Position numbers and translations under genes: made by a program. A stretch of DNA of 34,596 nucleotides from a virus (lineage: Duplodnaviria > Heunggongvirae > Uroviricota > Caudoviricetes): IMG/VR virus record IMGVR_UViG_2541047860_000003, positions 1 through 34,596 of that record; one strand, 5' to 3'. Below are positions 17,603 to 28,269 of this stretch, piece by piece. Under the pieces are notes generated by a model that made no database searches, was not told where the DNA came from, and saw only the letters and a list, made by a program, of their open reading frames with translations. Within the stretch, counting starts at the first letter, position 1. Each line of letters opens with the position of its first letter.

Positions 17603-19332
17603 GCCGGAAATCTTACCCCAACGTAAATGCTGCCAATCAGTATGCCCGTGATGTCGTGCGCGGAAAGATTGTGGCCTGCCAGTTTGTGATTCAGGCCTGC
17701 CAGCGCCATCTTGATGACCTAATGGAGGAAAAAAGTAAGTCGTTTCGTTACCGCTTCGACAAGGACCTGGCTGAACGGGCCGCGAAATTTATTCAGCTGT
17801 TGCCGCACACCAAGGGTGAGTGGGCATTTAAGAGGATGCCCATCACGCTGGAGCCGTGGCAGCTCTTTGTGATCTGCTGCGCGTTTGGCTGGGTCAATAA
17901 AGGCTCCCGGCTGCGCCGCTTCCGTGAGGTGTATACCGAAATCCCCCGTAAGAATGGCAAATCGGCAATCTCTGCCGGTGTCGCCCTGTATTGTTTTGCC
18001 TGTGATAACGAGTTCGGCGCGGAAGTGTATTCCGGTGCCACGACGGAGAAACAGGCATGGGAAGTCTTTCGTCCGGCAAGACTGATGTGTAAACGCACAC
18101 CCATGCTGACGGAAGCGTTCGGGATTGAGGTTAACGCCTCAAACATGAACCGTCCGGAGGATGGTGCGCGTTTTGAACCGCTGATCGGTAACCCCGGTGA
18201 TGGTTCATCACCCCACTGTGCGGTGGTGGATGAATATCACGAGCACGCCACAGATGCGCTTTACACCACGATGCTTACCGGGATGGGGGCGCGACGTCAG
18301 CCACTGATGTGGGCTATCACTACCGCCGGGTACAACATTGAGGGGCCGTGCTACGACAAACGGCGGGAAGTCATCGAGATGCTCAACGGCTCGGTGCCTA
18401 ACGATGAACTGTTCGGGATCATCTATACCGTTGATGAAGGTGACGACTGGACCGACCCGCAGGTGCTGGAAAAAGCCAATCCAAATATTGGCGTGTCGGT
18501 TTATCGCGAATTTTTGTTAAGTCAGCAGCAGCGTGCGAAAAATAACGCCCGTCTGGCAAACGTCTTTAAAACAAAACACCTCAATATCTGGGTGTCGGCG
18601 CGTTCGGCGTATTTCAACCTGGTGAGCTGGAAGAGCTGCGAGGATAAATCACTGACCCTTGAGCAGTTCGAGGGGCAGCCGTGCATTCTGGCCTTTGACC
18701 TGGCGCGTAAGCTGGATATGAACAGCATGGCGCGACTTTATACCCGCGAGATTGACGGTAAAACGCATTACTACAGTGTAGCCCCGCGTTTCTGGGTACC
18801 GTATGACACGGTGTACAGCGTCGAGAAAAATGAAGATCGACGGACAGCCGAACGCTTTCAGAAATGGGTGGAAATGGGCGTTCTGACCGTTACCGATGGT
18901 GCGGAGGTGGATTATCGCTACATCCTCGAGGAGGCCAAAGCGGCGAACAAAATCAGCCCGGTCAGTGAGTCACCTATCGACCCCTTCGGGGCGACCGGGC
19001 TGTCGCATGACCTTGCTGATGAAGACCTGAACCCCATCACCATCATTCAGAACTACACCAACATGTCCGATCCGATGAAAGAGCTGGAAGCGGCGATTGA
19101 ATCGGGGCGCTTTCATCATGACGGCAATCCCATCATGACCTGGTGTATCGGCAACGTGGTCGGCAAAACCATTCCGGGTAACGATGATGTGGTGAAGCCT
19201 GTCAAGGAGCAGGCGGAAAACAAAATCGATGGTGCAGTTGCGCTGATTATGGCGGTTGGCAGAGCCATGCTGTACGAGAAAGAAGACACGCTGTCTGACC
19301 ACATTGAGTCCTATGGGATCCGCTCGCTTTAA
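17599..19332 (+). CDS. Terminase large subunit
   Basis: 577 aa, size and architecture of Terminase_1-type TerL; Walker A-like region near the N-terminus ([13 protein letters not shown]); precedes the portal. Confidence 0.85.
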
Positions 19333-19343
19333 CTGAGGTAATT

Positions 19344-19526
19344 ATGATCATGCTGATTCTCGCGCCTCTGGTGGGCGTGCTGGGGGCGCTTTTGCTGGCG
19401 TATGGTGCCTGGCTGATTTATCCCCCGGCGGGGTTTGTTGTTGCCGGGGCGTTGTGCCTGTTCTGGTCGTGGCTGGTGGCGCGATATCTCGACCGTACAC
19501 AGTCGTCTGTCGGCGGAGGTAAATAG
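19344..19526 (+). CDS. Small hydrophobic protein (two predicted TM helices)
   Basis: 60-aa ORF with GAGG SD between terminase and portal. Confidence 0.35.
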
Positions 19527-20569
19527 TGTTCTTTTCGGGATTATTTCAACGAAAAAGTGACGCACCGGTGACCACGCCAGCAGAGCTGGCGGATGCCATC
19601 GGGTTGTCCTACGACACCTATACCGGAAAGCAGATCAGCAGCCAGCGGGCCATGCGACTGACGGCGGTTTTTTCCTGTGTCAGGGTGCTGGCAGAGTCGG
19701 TCGGGATGTTGCCCTGCAATCTGTATCACCTGAACGGCAGCCTGAAACAGAGAGCCACCGGCGAGCGTCTGCATAAGCTGATCTCCACGCATCCCAATGG
19801 CTATATGACGCCGCAGGAGTTCTGGGAGCTGGTGGTCACCTGTCTGTGCCTGCGGGGAAACTTTTACGCCTACAAAGTGAAAGCATTTGGCGAAGTGGCT
19901 GAACTGCTGCCCGTCGATCCCGGCTGTGTGGTACCGAAGCTTAACAGTAGCTGGGAGCCGGTCTATCAGGTCACATTCCCGGACGGCTCCACGGATGTAC
20001 TGAGCCAGGAAGATATCTGGCATGTGCGCACGCTGACGCTGGACGGTCTGGTGGGACTGAATCCCATCGCCTATGCCCGCGAGGCAATATCGCTGGCAGC
20101 TGCGACCGAAGAGCACGGGGCCAGACTGTTCAGCAATGGTGCGGTGACGTCCGGTGTGTTGCGTACAGAGCAGACGCTGTCGGATCAGGCTTATGAGCGC
20201 CTGAAGAAAGATTTTGAGGAGCGTCACACCGGGCTTGGCAATGCTCACCGCCCGATGATCCTTGAGATGGGGCTGGACTGGAAGTCGATGGCGCTGAACG
20301 CCGAGGACAGCCAGTTCCTGGAAACCCGCAAGTTTCAGCTTGAAGAAATCTGTCGTCTGTTCCGGGTGCCATTGCACATGGTGCAGAACACCGATCGCGC
20401 CACCTTCAACAATATCGAAGAGCTGGGGCTGGGATTTATCAACTATTCACTGGTGCCGTATCTGACCCGCATTGAGCAACGGATCAACACCGGACTGGTA
20501 CGAAAAAGTAAGCAGGGCGTTTATTACGCCAAATTTAACGCCGGGGCGTTACTGCGCGGGGATATGAAG

Positions 20570-21908
20570 CATAAGCGCTAACTTAAGGGTTGAACCATCT
20601 GAAGAATGCGACGCCTCGGTGCCTCGTTAAGACGATGCCTCGCGTTCTTCAATTGCGTTTTGTAGGCTGTCAGGGATACTGTCCCACGAATGGCCACCTG
20701 TAAGCTCCAGATGACCATTTTTGTTATTCTCCACAACGAGTTAGTTCTTCTTTTCGGATCCGGCACTTCTGGGGGGGAAATCCAGCGATGGCTGGATTAT
20801 GTCGTCAATTAAAAATGCGGCGAGTAGATTAGCAAATATCCACGCTTTCGCGAGTTCAGGTTCCTTTGCACGCAAAGCATCCAGGTGCAGCAAACTTTTG
20901 AGCCGCTTAAAAGCCAGTTCAATTTGCCATCGCAGACGGTAACAATCAGCCACTTGCTCTGCTGAATATTCATCTTCCGGTAATGATGTTAGCAATAGCA
21001 CATGGCCCGCTGCTTCCAGCGTTTCCGCCTGAACTACTCGTCCTTTTCGACGATTCTCGCTGAGCAGTCGGGTTTTACTGATTAATGCTTTTTCGGGAGG
21101 AAGTGATACGGCAATGAGACGTGCCGGAAAGGGAGCTCCGGCTTTTTTATTACCTGAATTGCCTATCATTACAGTGGTTTCACCGTTCTTACCGCAATCC
21201 AGCCCGCGCAGAAAACCCATCATGTCAAAGCGCATTCCTTCTGCAGTTAACCAGCGCAATCCTCGCCAGTGAACCCGGACGATATAATCAGCTTCTCCAA
21301 AAGCAAGTGAGCGGATACATTCGGGACGCGAACCGAATCCCCGGTCAGCAATGCGTATCTCGTCTGCCGTTTGCGCAAATCGGTCCAGCCGTTCAGCGTC
21401 TCTGCTGTCGGTTAGCTCAAAATCAGTGAACTGACAGGTATGAGGATCATATCCCATATGTAGTCGCCATTCAGCGCTGCCGCCCCCGGGCGCACTGATT
21501 GCTGTTCCATCGACAAGACGCAATCTCTTTCCGCTTGTACAACCCGTAACTGCGGCGCGTACAGCAAGTGTTTGTGCGGCAAGTATGCCAAACCAGTCGG
21601 CGGCATTCCGCAGCCGCTTCAGGAGAGCCACGTCAGATAATGTTGCAACGTCATGGAGCTGAGCCCATGCAGTGACTTCACGTAATGACATCCCCCCGGG
21701 GCCGTAAGCCAGCCCCAGACGTAGCAGAGTTGCAGCATCACGAATTTCGCGGCGGCGGGTTAGAGCCCCGGCATTACGTGCCGAAGTATCCAGTTCTTCG
21801 GGCTTACCAATATGGGCCAGAATTGCTGACCAGTTATCGTGAGAGTAATTCATCGGCACGTTAAATCATATCAGGCGTAATACCACAACCCTTAAGTTAG
21901 CGCTTATG
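20570..21908 (-). mobile_element. IS186 (IS4 family), complete copy
   Basis: Perfect 23-bp terminal inverted repeats CATAAGCGCTAACTTAAGGGTTG / CAACCCTTAAGTTAGCGCTTATG; flanked by 10-bp direct duplication GGATATGAAG (20560..20569 and 21909..21918). Confidence 0.9.
20741..21859 (-). CDS. insL: IS186 transposase
   Basis: 372-aa ORF; translation NYSHDNWSAILAHIGKPEELDTSARNAGALTRRREIRD... matches the IS186 transposase as I recall it. Confidence 0.9.
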   Translation of the reverse strand: MPMNYSHDNWSAILAHIGKPEELDTSARNAGALTRRREIRDAATLLRLGLAYGPGGMSLREVTAWAQLHDVATLSDVALLKRLRNAADWFGILAAQTLAVRAAVTGCTSGKRLRLVDGTAISAPGGGSAEWRLHMGYDPHTCQFTDFELTDSRDAERLDRFAQTADEIRIADRGFGSRPECIRSLAFGEADYIVRVHWRGLRWLTAEGMRFDMMGFLRGLDCGKNGETTVMIGNSGNKKAGAPFPARLIAVSLPPEKALISKTRLLSENRRKGRVVQAETLEAAGHVLLLTSLPEDEYSAEQVADCYRLRWQIELAFKRLKSLLHLDALRAKEPELAKAWIFANLLAAFLIDDIIQPSLDFPPRSAGSEKKN

Positions 21909-22093
21909 GGATATGAAGTCCCGTTTTGAAGCCTACGCCACCGGGATCAACTGGGGAATTTACTCTCCCAATGACTGCCGCGACCTGGAAGATATGAATC
22001 CGCGTCCCGGTGGTGATGTTTATCTCACACCGATGAACATGACCACGAAACCCTCCGATGGCAGTAAAGCCGGTAAGCAGAAGGATAACGCCA

Positions 22094-22744
22094 ATGCAGA
22101 CGAAACAACGTCTTGATGTACCGCTGAGTCTGAAATCTGTCAGTGACTCCGGTGAGTTTGAAGGGTATGGCTCCGTCTTTGGTGTAAAGGACAGCCACGA
22201 TGATGTGGTGATGTCCGGGGCATTTGCTGCTTCCCTGCGGGCGTGGAGTGACAGAAAAGCGTTACCTGCGCTGCTCTGGCAGCACCGCATGGATGAGCCC
22301 ATCGGTGTTTACACCGAAATGAAGGAAGACGATGTCGGGCTTTACGTCAGGGGGCGGTTGCTCATTGATGATGATCCCCTGGCAAAACGCGCACATGCAC
22401 ACATGAAGGCCGGTTCGTTAACCGGCCTTTCTATTGGGTACGTCCTGAAGGACTGGGAATACGACCGGACGAAAGAAGCCTTTCTGCTGAAAGAAATCGA
22501 CCTCTGGGAAGTCAGTCTGGTGACATTCCCGTCTAACGACGAGGCGCGGATCAGCGACGTCAAGAACGCACTGGCCCGCGGGGAAATCCCCGAACAGAAA
22601 AAAATCGAAAGAGTCCTGCGTGATGTCGGACTCTCCCGTACCCAGGCCAAAGCATTCATGGCAGGGGGCTATGGCGCACTGTCCCTGCGCGACGCTGAGG
22701 ATGTGGGCTCTGCACTGAATGCACTGAAAAATCTGAACTTCTAA
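22094..22744 (+). CDS. Prohead protease (HK97 family)
   Basis: Located between portal and major capsid; about 216 aa; ATG at 22094 after AAGGA. Confidence 0.75.
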   Translation: MQTKQRLDVPLSLKSVSDSGEFEGYGSVFGVKDSHDDVVMSGAFAASLRAWSDRKALPALLWQHRMDEPIGVYTEMKEDDVGLYVRGRLLIDDDPLAKRAHAHMKAGSLTGLSIGYVLKDWEYDRTKEAFLLKEIDLWEVSLVTFPSNDEARISDVKNALARGEIPEQKKIERVLRDVGLSRTQAKAFMAGGYGALSLRDAEDVGSALNALKNLNF

Positions 22745-22758
22745 TCAGGAGAAATACG

Positions 22759-23964
22759 ATGGCGGTTGATATTAAAGATGTCGAACAGGTCGCGCAGGAG
22801 CTGCAGCAGAAGTTTGACGACTTCAAAGCAAAGAACGACAAGCGCGTGGATGCGATTGAGCAGGAAAAAGGCAAACTTGCCGGGCAGGTGGAAACCCTGA
22901 ACGGGAAACTCAGCGAGCTGGAAAACCTCAAAAGCGATCTTGAAAAAGAGCTGCTTGAGCTGAAACGTCCGGCAGGTGGTGCGCAAAATAAACTGGCCAC
23001 CGAGCATAAAGAGGCGTTTGTGGGCTTCCTGCGTAAAGGCCGTGAAGACGGTCTGCGCGATCTGGAGCGTAAGGCATTGCAGGTGGGCACCGATGAAGAC
23101 GGTGGCTACGCCGTGCCGGAAGAACTGGATCGCAACATTCTTAACCTGCTGAAAGATGAAGTGGTGATGCGTCAGGAAGCCACGGTGATCACCGTTGGTG
23201 GTTCCGACTACAAAAAACTGGTGAATCTGGGCGGCACGGCTTCCGGATGGGTTGGCGAGACTGACGCGCGCTCCCAGACTGCCACCTCAAAACTGGGGCT
23301 GATTGAACCTTTCATGGGGGAAATCTACGGTAACCCGCAGGCCACCCAGAAAATGCTGGATGATGCCTTTTTCAACGTGGAGGCCTGGATCAACAGCGAG
23401 CTGGCAACCGAATTTGCCGAACAGGAAGAAATTGCCTTTACCACCGGCGATGGTACCAAGAAGCCGAAAGGGTTCCTGGCGTATGAATCCACGGATGAAA
23501 CCGATAAGGTCCGGGCGTTCGGCAAACTTCAGCATATTGTATCCGGCGACGCGACTGCGGTGACCGCAGACGCCATTATCAAACTGATTTACACGCTGCG
23601 AAAGGCACACCGCACTGGCGCGAAGTTCATGATGAACAACAACAGCCTGTTTGCCATCCGTCTGCTGAAAGACACCGAGGGTAACTATCTGTGGCGTCCG
23701 GGGCTGGAACTGGGGCAGCCGTCCTCTCTGGCGGGTTACGGTATCGCTGAAAACGAACAGATGCCGGATATCGCCGCTGATGCGAAAGCCATTGCATTTG
23801 GTAACTTCAAACGGGGTTACACCATCGTTGACCGTATCGGCACCCGCATTCTGCGTGACCCGTACACCAATAAACCGTTTGTCGGTTTTTATACCACCAA
23901 GCGCACCGGCGGGATGCTGGTCGATTCGCAGGCCATCAAACTGCTGAAGATTGCAGCGGCGTAA
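22759..23964 (+). CDS. Major capsid protein (HK97 fold)
   Basis: 401 aa with N-terminal coiled-coil scaffold-like delta domain then capsid core; follows the protease. Confidence 0.85.
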   Translation: MAVDIKDVEQVAQELQQKFDDFKAKNDKRVDAIEQEKGKLAGQVETLNGKLSELENLKSDLEKELLELKRPAGGAQNKLATEHKEAFVGFLRKGREDGLRDLERKALQVGTDEDGGYAVPEELDRNILNLLKDEVVMRQEATVITVGGSDYKKLVNLGGTASGWVGETDARSQTATSKLGLIEPFMGEIYGNPQATQKMLDDAFFNVEAWINSELATEFAEQEEIAFTTGDGTKKPKGFLAYESTDETDKVRAFGKLQHIVSGDATAVTADAIIKLIYTLRKAHRTGAKFMMNNNSLFAIRLLKDTEGNYLWRPGLELGQPSSLAGYGIAENEQMPDIAADAKAIAFGNFKRGYTIVDRIGTRILRDPYTNKPFVGFYTTKRTGGMLVDSQAIKLLKIAAA

Positions 23965-23971
23965 TCACTCA

Positions 23972-23998
23972 GGGGCGCGGAACCGCGCCCCCTGTTCT
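23972..23998 (+). terminator. Hairpin downstream of the capsid gene (partial terminator)
   Basis: GGGGCGCGG-AAC-CGCGCCCC followed by TGTTCTG. Confidence 0.4.
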
Positions 23999-24013
23999 GA
24001 CGGGTGAAGAATC

Positions 24014-24214
24014 ATGATCCTGAAACAAGATCTGAAATGGTCACCGGACGGTATGCGTGTTGAGGTCATTCGGGCCGGTGAGTATGACGACGGGGCGCTT
24101 CCTGCCCGGGTGCAGGAGATTGCACTTCAGGCCGGGTTAGCAGAGCGCGGAACCAGTGCAAAAAGCAGTAAAGCGGCAAAAGAGAAAAAAGCCACGACCA
24201 GTAAAGAGGGCTGA
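24014..24214 (+). CDS. Hypothetical small head-module protein
   Basis: 66-aa ORF with Lys/Ala-rich tail; weak RBS. Confidence 0.3.
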   Translation: MILKQDLKWSPDGMRVEVIRAGEYDDGALPARVQEIALQAGLAERGTSAKSSKAAKEKKATTSKEG

Positions 24215-24216
24215 GT

Positions 24217-24540
24217 ATGCTTCTGACAATGGAAGAGATTAAAGCCCAACTCCGGCTGGATGAGGATTTCGATGCTGATGACCGCCATCTGCAACTGCTG
24301 GCCTGTGCGGCGCAAAAGCGGACGGAAACGTATCTGAACCGGAAGCTCTATGCACCGGATGAAACCATTCCGGACAGCGATCCGGACGGGCTGCACCTGT
24401 CGGATGATATTCGTCTGGGGATGCTGATGCTTATCAGCCATTTTTACGAAAACCGCTCTTCGGTTACGGAAGTGGAGAAACTCGACATGCCGCAGAGTTT
24501 TGGCTGGCTTGTCGGCCCGTATAGGTACTTTCCGCAATGA
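24217..24540 (+). CDS. Head-tail connector (gp6-like)
   Basis: 107 aa; position after capsid and translational coupling to the next gene; family by recollection. Confidence 0.55.
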   Translation: MLLTMEEIKAQLRLDEDFDADDRHLQLLACAAQKRTETYLNRKLYAPDETIPDSDPDGLHLSDDIRLGMLMLISHFYENRSSVTEVEKLDMPQSFGWLVGPYRYFPQ

Positions 24541-24947
24541 AAATTCGTCAGGCGCAGACCAGCGCAACCTACATTCTGCCGGACCCCGGCGAACTGAATA
24601 AACGCGTCCTGATCCGCCAGCGGGTGGATATGCCCGCGGATAACTTTGGCGTGGAGCCTCAATACCCGGTTGCGTTCCGGGCATGGGCGAAGGTTGTCCA
24701 GACCAGTGCCACCACCTGGCAGGAAACCGCGCAGACCGGAGACGCCATCACCCATTACATCACCATTCGCTACCGCCGGGGGATCACCGCTGATTATGAG
24801 GTGGTCTGCGGTGACAGTGTGTACCGGGTGAAACGTCAGCGCGATCTGAACGGGGCGCGGCGCTTTCTGCTGCTGGAGTGTACGGAACTGGGCGAATTTA
24901 CGCAGAGTCACGGAGGCAGCAATGGCGACTCCCTTTTTTCACGTTGA
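24537..24947 (+). CDS. Head closure / head-tail adaptor protein
   Basis: Position and size within the head-completion block. Confidence 0.45.
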   Translation: MKIRQAQTSATYILPDPGELNKRVLIRQRVDMPADNFGVEPQYPVAFRAWAKVVQTSATTWQETAQTGDAITHYITIRYRRGITADYEVVCGDSVYRVKRQRDLNGARRFLLLECTELGEFTQSHGGSNGDSLFSR

Positions 24948-25428
24948 TGTTCAGCAGCCCGCGGAGATGCGCTTTAACCGCGCACGTGTCCGGCGGGCGT
25001 TTGTCACGATTGGGCAGCGTCATATGCGTGATGCCCGTCGGCTGGTGATGCGCCGTGCGCGGTCGGCACCGGGTGAAAACCCCGGTTATCAGACCGGACG
25101 CCTGGCTCGTTCGATTGGTTACATGGTGCCGAGAGCCAGTAAAAAGCGAGCCGGTTTTATGACACGCATTGCCCCTAACCAGCGCAACGGGAAGGGGAAC
25201 CGGATGATCTCTGGTGACTTCTATCCGGCGTTTCTGTTTTTTGGTGTCCGGGGAGGAGCAAAACGTCGTCGTAGTCATCATCGTGGTGCATCCGGTGGCA
25301 GCGGCTGGCGGCTGGCTCCACGTAATAACTTTATGGTGGAAACTCTTGAAAAGAACCGCAGCTGGACACGCTATTTTCTGGCGCGGGAATTGCGTAAATC
25401 ACTGAAGCCGGAGCGACGACACAGATGA
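24922..25428 (+). CDS. HK97 gp10-like neck protein
   Basis: Position; basic, Arg-rich 168-aa ORF. Confidence 0.45.
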   Translation: MATPFFHVDVQQPAEMRFNRARVRRAFVTIGQRHMRDARRLVMRRARSAPGENPGYQTGRLARSIGYMVPRASKKRAGFMTRIAPNQRNGKGNRMISGDFYPAFLFFGVRGGAKRRRSHHRGASGGSGWRLAPRNNFMVETLEKNRSWTRYFLARELRKSLKPERRHR

Positions 25429-25985
25429 AACTGACGCCTGTTATTGCTGCGCTGCGTGCCCGCTGCCCGTATTTTGAAAACCGGGTGGCAGGCGCGGCAC
25501 AGTTCAAAAATCTGCCGGAGGTCGGAAAGCTGAGACTCCCGGCGGCGTATGTGGTACCGGGTGATGACTCTCCGGGAGAAAACAAAAGCCAGACCGACTA
25601 CTGGCAGGAGCTGAAAGAGGGCTTCTCCGTGGTTGTCATACTGAGTAACTGGCGTGATGAGCGCGGTCAGTTTGCCTCGTATGATGTGGTGGACGATGTC
25701 CGGCAGATGCTCTTTAAGGCCCTGCTGGGCTGGAACCCGGAAGCGTGCGGTAACCCGATTACCTATGACGGCGGCACGCTGCTGGATCTGAATCGTCATG
25801 AGCTGATTTATCAGTTCGATTTTTCGGTCATCAGCGAGCTGACTGAAGACGATACCCGCCAGCAGGATGAGCTGAACAGTCTGGATGAACTGCGAACGCT
25901 GGCGATTGATGTTGATTATCTCGATCCCGGTAACGGGCCTGACGGCGATATCGAACATCACACCGAAATAACCCTTCCTTCCTGA
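25425..25985 (+). CDS. Putative tail terminator / neck protein (Mu gpK-like position)
   Basis: 186-aa ORF immediately upstream of the small ORF and sheath. Confidence 0.4.
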   Translation: MKLTPVIAALRARCPYFENRVAGAAQFKNLPEVGKLRLPAAYVVPGDDSPGENKSQTDYWQELKEGFSVVVILSNWRDERGQFASYDVVDDVRQMLFKALLGWNPEACGNPITYDGGTLLDLNRHELIYQFDFSVISELTEDDTRQQDELNSLDELRTLAIDVDYLDPGNGPDGDIEHHTEITLPS

Positions 25986-25993
25986 GGATCATC

Positions 25994-26164
25994 ATGTTTG
26001 TGAAACCTGTTAAAGGGCGGTCGGTACCTGACCCTGCCCACGGCGACCTTTTGCCCGCCGAGGGGCGAAATGTTGATGAGAACAACTACTGGCTGCGCCG
26101 TGAAGCAGTGGGTGATATCCGGCGCGTGAATGAAAAGGTGAATACCGATGACGATAAGCTTTAA
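25994..26164 (+). CDS. Small protein preceding tail sheath (DUF2635-like)
   Basis: 56-aa ORF MFVKPVKGRSVPDPAHGDLLPAEGRNVDENNYWLRREAVGD... with GAGGA SD; small ORFs of this kind precede Mu-type sheath genes. Confidence 0.35.
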   Translation: MFVKPVKGRSVPDPAHGDLLPAEGRNVDENNYWLRREAVGDIRRVNEKVNTDDDKL

Positions 26165-27644
26165 CACCATTCCGTCGAATACGCTGGTTCCGCTGTTTTA
26201 TGCGGAAATGGATAACTCGGCGGCGAATACTGCACAGGACAGCGGAGCATCACTGCTGATTGGTCATGCCAATAACGGTGCAGAGATTGTTGCCAACAGT
26301 CTGGTGCTGATGCCGTCGGCAGACTATGCACGTCAGATTTGTGGTGCGGGAAGTCAGCTGGCGCGTATGGTCGAGGCTTATCGCCAGACCGACCCGTTTG
26401 GTGAGCTGTATGTGATTGCCGTTCCTGAATCCACGGGCGCGGCGGCAACGGTTACGCTGACGGTGACCGGGGCGGCAACCGAAACCGGCACGGTAAATGT
26501 TTATGTGGGACGTACCCGCGTGCAGGCACCGGTGACCAACGGCGATAACGTCGCGACGATTGCCAGCAGTATCAAGGATGCCATCAATGCCGTTCCGGCT
26601 CTGCCGTTTACGGCCTCATCTTCGGCAGGCGTGGTCACGCTGACCGCGCGTCATAAGGGGCTTTGCGGGAATGAAATTCCTGTCAGCCTCAATTACTACG
26701 GCTTTGGTGGGGGCGAAGTGCTGCCAGCGGGCGTACAGATTGCCGTGGCGGCGGGGACCGCCGGAACGGGCGCTCCTGTTCTCACCGGCGCGGTGGCTGC
26801 AATGGCGGATGAGCCGTTTGATTATATCGGTCTGCCGTTCAACGACACTGCCTCCGTTAACACGCTGGTGACCGAGATGAACGATACCAGCGGTCGCTGG
26901 AGCTATGCGCGTCAGCTGTATGGTCATGTGTATACGGCAAAGATCGGCACGCTGTCAGAACTGGTGACCGCAGGTGATCAGTTTAACCAGCAGCACATTA
27001 CCCTGGCGGGGTACGAAAAAGAGACCCAGACGCCTGCCGACGAGCTGGCGGCAAGCCGTACCGCCCGCGCAGCGGTGTTTATTCGCAACGATCCGGCACG
27101 TCCCACGCAGACCGGTGAGCTGGTGGGTATGCTGCCTGCGCCGAAGGGGAAACGGTTCACGATGACCGAACAACAGACCCTGCTGTCTCATGGCGTGGCA
27201 ACGGCGTATGTCGAAAGCGGGGTACTACGCATTCAGCGTGATGTCACCACGTACAGGAAAAACGCTTACGGGGTTGCGGATAACAGCTACCTCGACAGTG
27301 AGACGCTGCATACCAGCGCGTATGTACTGCGCAAACTGAAATCCGTCATTACCAGTAAGTACGGGCGTCACAAGCTTGCCAGTGACGGTACCCGCTTTGG
27401 TCCCGGTCAGGCGATTGTCACCCCGGCGGTGATCAAAGGGGAACTGCTGGCAACCTACCGTCAGCTTGAGCGTGCGGGGATCGTGGAAAACTACGAACTG
27501 TTTAAGCAGTACCTGGTTGTGGAGCGTGATGCCAGCGATCCGAACCGCCTGAACACGCTGTTCCCGCCTGACTATGTTAACCAGTTGCGTGTCTTTGCCG
27601 TGGTTAACCAGTTCCGTCTTCAGTATTCAGAGGAGTCTGCATAA
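26148..27644 (+). CDS. Contractile tail sheath protein (Mu gpL-like)
   Basis: 498 aa; N-terminus FNTIPSNTLVPLFYAEMDNS resembles the Mu L sheath N-terminus; followed by a tube gene. Confidence 0.8.
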   Translation: MTISFNTIPSNTLVPLFYAEMDNSAANTAQDSGASLLIGHANNGAEIVANSLVLMPSADYARQICGAGSQLARMVEAYRQTDPFGELYVIAVPESTGAAATVTLTVTGAATETGTVNVYVGRTRVQAPVTNGDNVATIASSIKDAINAVPALPFTASSSAGVVTLTARHKGLCGNEIPVSLNYYGFGGGEVLPAGVQIAVAAGTAGTGAPVLTGAVAAMADEPFDYIGLPFNDTASVNTLVTEMNDTSGRWSYARQLYGHVYTAKIGTLSELVTAGDQFNQQHITLAGYEKETQTPADELAASRTARAAVFIRNDPARPTQTGELVGMLPAPKGKRFTMTEQQTLLSHGVATAYVESGVLRIQRDVTTYRKNAYGVADNSYLDSETLHTSAYVLRKLKSVITSKYGRHKLASDGTRFGPGQAIVTPAVIKGELLATYRQLERAGIVENYELFKQYLVVERDASDPNRLNTLFPPDYVNQLRVFAVVNQFRLQYSEESA

Positions 27645-28000
27645 TGGCCCGTATCGGGGGAACCTGTTATTTCAAAATTGACGGTCAACAGCTATCGCTG
27701 ACCGGCGGCATTGAGGTGCCCATGAACAGGACGGTCAATGATGACATCATCGGCCTGGACGGTTCAGTGGACCGCAAGGAAACTCACCGTGCGCCTTATG
27801 TCAAAGGGACTTTCAAGGTGCCGAAGAATTTTCCGGTGAACAAAATCACCTCGTCTGATGAGATGACTATCACTGCCGAGCTGGCGAACGGTCAGGTCTA
27901 TGTACTGTCGTCTGCCTGGCTGCACGGCGAAGCGAACCATAATGCCGAAGAAGGTACGGTTGATCTTGAGTTCCACGGTGAAGAAGGGGATTACCAGTAA
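27644..28000 (+). CDS. Tail tube protein
   Basis: 118 aa directly after the sheath, start overlapping the sheath stop. Confidence 0.7.
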   Translation: MARIGGTCYFKIDGQQLSLTGGIEVPMNRTVNDDIIGLDGSVDRKETHRAPYVKGTFKVPKNFPVNKITSSDEMTITAELANGQVYVLSSAWLHGEANHNAEEGTVDLEFHGEEGDYQ

Positions 28001-28269
28001 TGAAAGAGCTTGAGTTAAAGAAACCGATTACTGCTCATGGCGAGACACTCTCCGTACTGGAGTTTGATGAGCCTACCGGGAAGGATGTCCGCGAGCTGGG
28101 GTATCCCTACCAGATGAATCAGGATGAGTCCGTCAGACTTCTGGCGCATGTGGTGTCGAAATACATTGTGCGGCTGGCGAAAGTGCCGCAAAGCTCTGTC
28201 GACCAGATGTCTCCGGCAGACCTGAATGCAGCGGCGTGGCTTGTGGCTGGTTTTTTCCTCCAGGCCTGA
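28000..28269 (+). CDS. Tail assembly chaperone (G-like)
   Basis: 89 aa after the tube; the slippery heptamer T_TTT_TTC sits in its last codons, allowing a -1 shift into the following frame. Confidence 0.55.
   Translation: MKELELKKPITAHGETLSVLEFDEPTGKDVRELGYPYQMNQDESVRLLAHVVSKYIVRLAKVPQSSVDQMSPADLNAAAWLVAGFFLQA

Larger units (their letters stand above)
19526..22116 (+). pseudogene. HK97-family portal gene interrupted by IS186
   Basis: GTG start after GGAGG; N-terminal part runs 19526..20569, C-terminal 67 codons resume at 21909; removing the IS plus one 10-bp duplicate restores a single frame (...ALLRGDMKSRFEAYATG...). Confidence 0.8.
1445..28269. mobile_element. Mosaic lambdoid prophage (HK97-type head, Mu-type contractile tail), integrated at thrW; defective
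   Basis: Integrase abuts the tRNA 3' end; canonical order int-xis-early left-cI/cro-O-nin-Q-lysis-terminase-portal-protease-capsid-sheath-tube. Right boundary is uncertain: no second copy of the tRNA 3' end (attR) was found in the window. Confidence 0.7.

Noticed and set aside
19541-20377. 278-aa antisense ORF inside the portal gene
   Set aside because: It is contained within the portal coding region on the opposite strand, is GC-skewed and Arg/Gln/His-rich; a chance frame.
21121-21606. Plus-strand ORFs inside IS186
   Set aside because: They are antisense to the well-supported IS186 transposase.
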